A stretch of 64,000 bases of DNA from a virus (lineage: Duplodnaviria > Caudoviricetes): IMG/VR virus record IMGVR_UViG_3300014205_000183; one strand, written 5' to 3'. Positions 59,596 through 64,000 of this stretch are shown here, one piece after another. Below the pieces are notes generated by a model. It did not search any database and was not told the origin of the DNA. It saw only the letters and a program-made list of their open reading frames with translations. The position numbers were made by a program, and so were the translations under genes. How positions within the stretch are numbered: the stretch's first letter is position 1; every line of letters begins with the position of its first letter.

Positions 59596-59644
59596 TATGT
59601 ACCCAATATATAAAACAACAGATGTAAATGCAACAATTATTTTT

Positions 59645-60294
59645 TTACGCTACAGGAACCACAGATAAGGCCACACTACCGGCAGCAGCAGTCACTAATC
59701 CCTCAATAATAGCTTGTCGTAAGGGGAGGCTCTCCAACACCTGGTTAGCTGAAAACAACGTCCCCAAATCCAATGTACCCCCAAAAAGTGTGCTATTGGT
59801 GCCCTCGCTGCCAGTCAACAATCGTGTTGTCTGACTATCTACTAACTCAATTGCTTGTGCCCCTATTTTTATAACCACCTTAATGTTACCTTCTTTTTTA
59901 GTGATCGCAATAGGGTCTCCTGCTTGAGCATGAGATATGAATTCTGAAATTGTGTAATTTGCCATAAAACCTCCTAAAATATTAGTTATCGCTCTTGCTA
60001 TGTGTTAAGTTTACTTGTGGAATCCAGCCGAACAACTCCTCTAGCAGTAGACAGGATATTGGTACGTACCAGGGTATTCAACTGCACTGAGTTAATAATA
60101 TCTGTGGGGTAAAATAGGTATCCCAAATCATACGTCGAATTGGTTGAAGTGAGCTGCACATAGTTGTAGCCAATAGAAAAAGATACGGGTACTGTAGTAT
60201 CTACTAACGCAACTAGAATTGCGTTGCCGGAATACACTTCTTGTATAAACCGAGAATAGCTGTAAATATCGTTAGTTTCTGGTATGGGTGGCAT
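59645..60294 (-). CDS. Two tandem paralogous small proteins (59645-59965, 59998-60294)
   Basis: Shared S.FI...G..I and T.DLG.LF....I..S patterns. Confidence 0.55.
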
Positions 60295-60304
60295 AATGAC
60301 CTTA

Positions 60305-62635
60305 TTAGCTTTCCAGGGTCAAATCGATTGCCTCGGCATAACCGCCAACAACGTTTGACACAACTTTTGCCCGTTCTTCCTGCTCCCGCTTATCTTTAGG
60401 TGACATCTCCATCTTCTCTGCTTTAGGAGCTTCTTTTGGTTTGGTTGGATAAGCATGCTTTTCATTCTTACCTTCTGATATGTCTTTAACCCCATCATAA
60501 GTATCATCCTGTACCAACTTATGAGCAGCCTTTAAGCAGCCCTTGCAAACAGCCAGGACAGGGTTTTTAGCCTGCCAAACCTTTCCCACCGGAATAGGTA
60601 GGGGATTCTCTTTGAGAGCCTCGGCAAGCAGTCTCAGAAACCCTTTAGGCATCGTGGTACCACCGGCCACTACAAAATTAAGAGGCTCCTTGACTTTGAT
60701 ATCCCGCCGATGCTTTTCCATGGCCGCTGATAAATGTCCAATGACATATTCAAGCATCGCCTTATAAAAAATTGTGATTGCCTCTTGAATATCATTCTTA
60801 GGAGCCAACAAATCCAAATCCTCGGCCTCCTTCTCCGCCGTCGCATCAGAAACAGCAATACCCCGACTCTGCGCCACTTGTTGGTCAATCCAATCCCCAC
60901 AATTGTGAACAGTCATGTATGGTAGGGTGAACGAGTGATTTTCACTTCTAATACGTAGGTCGTAAACCTCGACGGCTCGGCCTTGTATAGGAACAACTTC
61001 TTTTATAACTGAGGAAAGCATAGGCACTGGCAGTCCATAAACACTGTGGCCATCATAGTCAGAAAACATGCAAAGTAATTTTACCACGTCATGTTTGGTT
61101 CCAATTTTATACTCATATACAATCTTAGTTCCCACAATAGGAACCCCTCTTTTATTTTTATGACCGCTAGTCCGAGGTTTCCGAATCTGAAGTGCCCCTT
61201 GAATCCCAACTCGGCCAAGAAGTTGACGAAACACCCATACAAGCTGACTTGAAGTATTGCAGAAGGATATTGTGCTCTTATCTGGGCTAATGTAGCCATC
61301 TGAATCTAATAGCCCTTCTAAAATTCCCAAAGCCATGTTATCCGGTATGGTATTAAGAGAAATTGGGAGTGTTTTCACCCCATCATCATCATAAAATTCC
61401 AACATCTTCTTAGCTATTATTTTATCAGTTATCTTCAGATTTACTACGGAAGATTCCTTACCATGGGACGCCAGCCTAATACTGGTTCCTGCCGGAAATA
61501 TAGATTCCACTATTTTGGTGTACTTACGAAAGCCCTCAACATCCTTTTTGTTAAATGCGATACTTACATGATACTGACTTGTCTCTGTGTTAAATATTGC
61601 ATGTCCATCACCAAGAAAAGCACCTATAAACCTGCCGACATTTCGACATGCCTGCGGCTTTATGCATCGATATGTGCCATCCCCATTTGGTGTATTACCG
61701 AAATAGACTTGCTTAATAGGTTCTGTACAATGTATAACAGGCTCACCTACAGTCATGCCTGCTTTAAGGTCTTTGGTAGCAACATACGACCAATTTATCC
61801 CACTCTGAACAAGTATGGGATGGTCAGATGTCGCAACTCTCTGCATACCCAATCCTGAAACAGTTATACCAAACAAATCGGACCGAACGCCGTTATTTAC
61901 TGTCTCATCTACCTCACAAAGTATACCGTGAGAATCAGACACCCTATGGTAACCTGGAATTATATTTTTTATAGGAACAAATCCCTTATCTGTGCACACT
62001 AACGTTGAAGCCTCCAAGCATCGGGCAACACTGAAACTGAACACCTCTAATCCACGATAAGCCAGACAACAGTTTGCCATTCCCGCGCCCCAAGAAATGG
62101 ATACTCCTGTCAACTCCTTATCCTCAAGTTCACACCAAGCAACAGCCAAAGCCTCATTGATAGGCTCAGCCTTGTAGCCTAAATCACTTAAAAAGCGCCT
62201 AAACATCTCACGGTGGTATATGTTATTGAAATCCGCATCCACTGGATTAGCGGGTATAGAGAAGTAAGCTACATCCCCCGGATCACCCTGCCCTGAAACT
62301 CGACGGATAATCTCCTTCAGGATAAATTCAGTATCTTTCTCTCGGGCACTGATGACACCAGACGCCAGAGGACGACGCAGCTCCTGACCAAATAACACTG
62401 CCATATCAAATGCCTCGTTACCTATAACAAAAATGTCTCGCTTACCCTCCACATTGGGGCGGTCTTTTACAATGAACGGCACCTTCGATTCTGTAAGCAT
62501 ATGCTTTCGCTGGTCCAGATAAGGCATCACAAAAAATCCATCACGAACCATCTTGGCAGCTACATTATCTTTATTGTACCTGGCACTAGCTATAAAGGCT
62601 GTTCCAATATCTACTCCTATTGCTTTCATGCTCAT
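60305..62635 (-). CDS. Actin-like ATPase (MreB/MamK-like) containing an intein
   Basis: IGVDIGT, RRPL.SGVI, INEALAV, ISWGAG, VAGGTT, AVCKG. Confidence 0.85.
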   Translation of the reverse strand: MSMKAIGVDIGTAFIASARYNKDNVAAKMVRDGFFVMPYLDQRKHMLTESKVPFIVKDRPNVEGKRDIFVIGNEAFDMAVLFGQELRRPLASGVISAREKDTEFILKEIIRRVSGQGDPGDVAYFSIPANPVDADFNNIYHREMFRRFLSDLGYKAEPINEALAVAWCELEDKELTGVSISWGAGMANCCLAYRGLEVFSFSVARCLEASTLVCTDKGFVPIKNIIPGYHRVSDSHGILCEVDETVNNGVRSDLFGITVSGLGMQRVATSDHPILVQSGINWSYVATKDLKAGMTVGEPVIHCTEPIKQVYFGNTPNGDGTYRCIKPQACRNVGRFIGAFLGDGHAIFNTETSQYHVSIAFNKKDVEGFRKYTKIVESIFPAGTSIRLASHGKESSVVNLKITDKIIAKKMLEFYDDDGVKTLPISLNTIPDNMALGILEGLLDSDGYISPDKSTISFCNTSSQLVWVFRQLLGRVGIQGALQIRKPRTSGHKNKRGVPIVGTKIVYEYKIGTKHDVVKLLCMFSDYDGHSVYGLPVPMLSSVIKEVVPIQGRAVEVYDLRIRSENHSFTLPYMTVHNCGDWIDQQVAQSRGIAVSDATAEKEAEDLDLLAPKNDIQEAITIFYKAMLEYVIGHLSAAMEKHRRDIKVKEPLNFVVAGGTTMPKGFLRLLAEALKENPLPIPVGKVWQAKNPVLAVCKGCLKAAHKLVQDDTYDGVKDISEGKNEKHAYPTKPKEAPKAEKMEMSPKDKREQEERAKVVSNVVGGYAEAIDLTLES
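60902..62020 (-). mobile_element. Intein with LAGLIDADG homing endonuclease (373 aa)
   Basis: R|CLEASTLV start, TSDHP block B, IGAFLGDG and LEGLLDSDG, VYDL...TVHN|C end. Confidence 0.92.
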
Positions 62636-62662
62636 CCTCCTACTTTTCTATTTATGGGTCTG

Positions 62663-62959
62663 TCATTCATCCATGATAATATCATCACCCAGGTTATCTG
62701 CATTATGTACTTCAATATTCTCCACCCTACTTGCGGACTTAATAGCAGCTTGCACGTCCGCCTGCACCCTCATAGCCTTGGCCTGCATTGTTGGTGTACT
62801 AACTGCGTCCTCGCTTGAGTTAAGCTGTCCTATTTTAGATAAATAACTTAAATCCGTTAAGGCTTTGTCAATACGGCGGGATAATCGAATGCTAAACAAT
62901 ACCCACCAGCAACTATTGACAAGATATAATATCAGGCCTATTATAATCCATTTTTCCAT
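62663..62959 (-). CDS. Small membrane-anchored protein
   Basis: N-terminal hydrophobic helix. Confidence 0.6.
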   Translation of the reverse strand: MEKWIIIGLILYLVNSCWWVLFSIRLSRRIDKALTDLSYLSKIGQLNSSEDAVSTPTMQAKAMRVQADVQAAIKSASRVENIEVHNADNLGDDIIMDE

Positions 62960-62967
62960 GATTATCC

Positions 62968-64000
62968 TTAAGGTGCGTTTTCGCGCAGCATCTTTACAAT
63001 ATCCACCAGTGCCCCATAAACTTCTTTATGTGAACCAATGACCGGCGCTTCGGTGGTGGTACTGTCATCATACCATCTCTTCTCCCAAGAGAATATTACG
63101 TCTTGCCTGTCTATCCAATTACGCAGTAGCAATTCTCGGTCAACATACTTGTAGACACCATTAGCCAATGGATTTCGATAAAAATCCTCATAGTTGTTAA
63201 TAATAAAAATAAGTTCCAACGGACTTGTGGCATTCCAATCCACGACCACTGCACGCCAAGTGTAGGAATCCAAATACTGAATAAGTGAGGTGGCGCTTTC
63301 AGAAACGTCGGGTACAGGGTCATTGACACCAAATACATTTCTTGTAGTGCCAGGTATCTGAGGTATGGCCAGGCGGCCACCAAAATCCTGCCGCTCCCAC
63401 TTCCGCTGGAAGGCCTGCACATCGTAAGGCAACATAGAAGGCAGCGAAGAAACTGCTGGGGCATTATCTCGTAAAAACTGTACAACATCCTTCAGCGCTC
63501 CATGTACCTGCTTATTAGAACCCATAATAGGACGTTCAGTAAACGATCCGTCACTATATATTTGTTTTTCCCATGTAAAAGTTAAATCCTGTTGGTCTAT
63601 CCAAGCCTGCATTAGCATATCTGTACCTACGGCCTTATAAACACCATAGTTGAGAGGATCACGAAACAAACTCTCATAGTCTGTGATTAGATAAATCAAT
63701 TCCACCGTAGATGAGTCATCCCATTTCACCGTCAATGCCTGCCATTGATAAGTATCAGTTACAAATAACAGCGGAATGCTACTAGAGCTACTGGAACTGC
63801 ATGAGCAGCTTGATGAACAGGAACTACTACAGGAACAAGAACAGCTGGAGGAGCAAGAACTACTGCATGAACAGGAACTACTGCATGAACAGGAGCTACT
63901 ACAGGAGCAGGAGCTACTACATGAGCAGGAGCTACTACAGGAGCAAGAGCTACTACAGGAGCAAGAGCTACTGCATGAACAGGAGCTACTACAGGAGCAG
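62968..64000 (-). CDS. Ser/Cys-repeat protein with duplicated C-terminal domain (partial, starts beyond the window)
   Basis: Frame is open from 63999 through 63735; two copies of Y.W.A..V.W...ELI..I..YE...R.PL..GVYK...WID.QD..F.WEK. Confidence 0.8.
   Translation of the reverse strand, partial: CSCSSSCSCSSSCSCSSSCSCSSSCSCSSSCSCSSSCSCSSSCSCSSSCSSSCSCSCSSSCSSSCSCSSSSSSSIPLLFVTDTYQWQALTVKWDDSSTVELIYLITDYESLFRDPLNYGVYKAVGTDMLMQAWIDQQDLTFTWEKQIYSDGSFTERPIMGSNKQVHGALKDVVQFLRDNAPAVSSLPSMLPYDVQAFQRKWERQDFGGRLAIPQIPGTTRNVFGVNDPVPDVSESATSLIQYLDSYTWRAVVVDWNATSPLELIFIINNYEDFYRNPLANGVYKYVDRELLLRNWIDRQDVIFSWEKRWYDDSTTTEAPVIGSHKEVYGALVDIVKMLRENAP
63780..64000 (-). repeat. 18-bp tandem repeat encoding (SSSCSC)n
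   Basis: Degenerate CTACAGGAGCAAGAGCTA units with synonymous variation. Confidence 0.9.

Overview
This is a 64-kb segment of a very large (jumbo/huge) dsDNA phage genome using the standard genetic code. It has dense small ORFs and repeated sigma70-type TTGAC promoters. Main blocks: (1) a methyltransferase, asparagine synthase-like amidotransferase, GT2 and M15 endolysin cluster. (2) A ~12-kb minus-strand RNA region with a Ro60/TROVE gene, at least five YrlA-type Y RNAs, many orphan structured RNAs, and an array of 39 tRNAs covering all 20 amino acids, interrupted by three HNH genes. (3) A tmRNA with an unusually long 37-residue tag, and a peptide deformylase-SEC-C fusion. (4) A complete deamidating NAD+ salvage route (pncA, pncB, nadD, nadE) with nrtR and candidate operators. 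(5) DNA ligase, a PRTase, an intein-containing actin-like ATPase and a Ser/Cys-repeat protein. The standout is directly upstream of the tRNA array: a promoter, then an unannotated 45-codon leader ORF using all 20 amino acids and 37 different codons, whose stop codon abuts a mutually exclusive antiterminator/terminator pair. This looks like a 'pan-codon' translational attenuator that would switch on the phage tRNA array when almost any host tRNA is depleted. All calls are by eye; no searches or folding programs were run.
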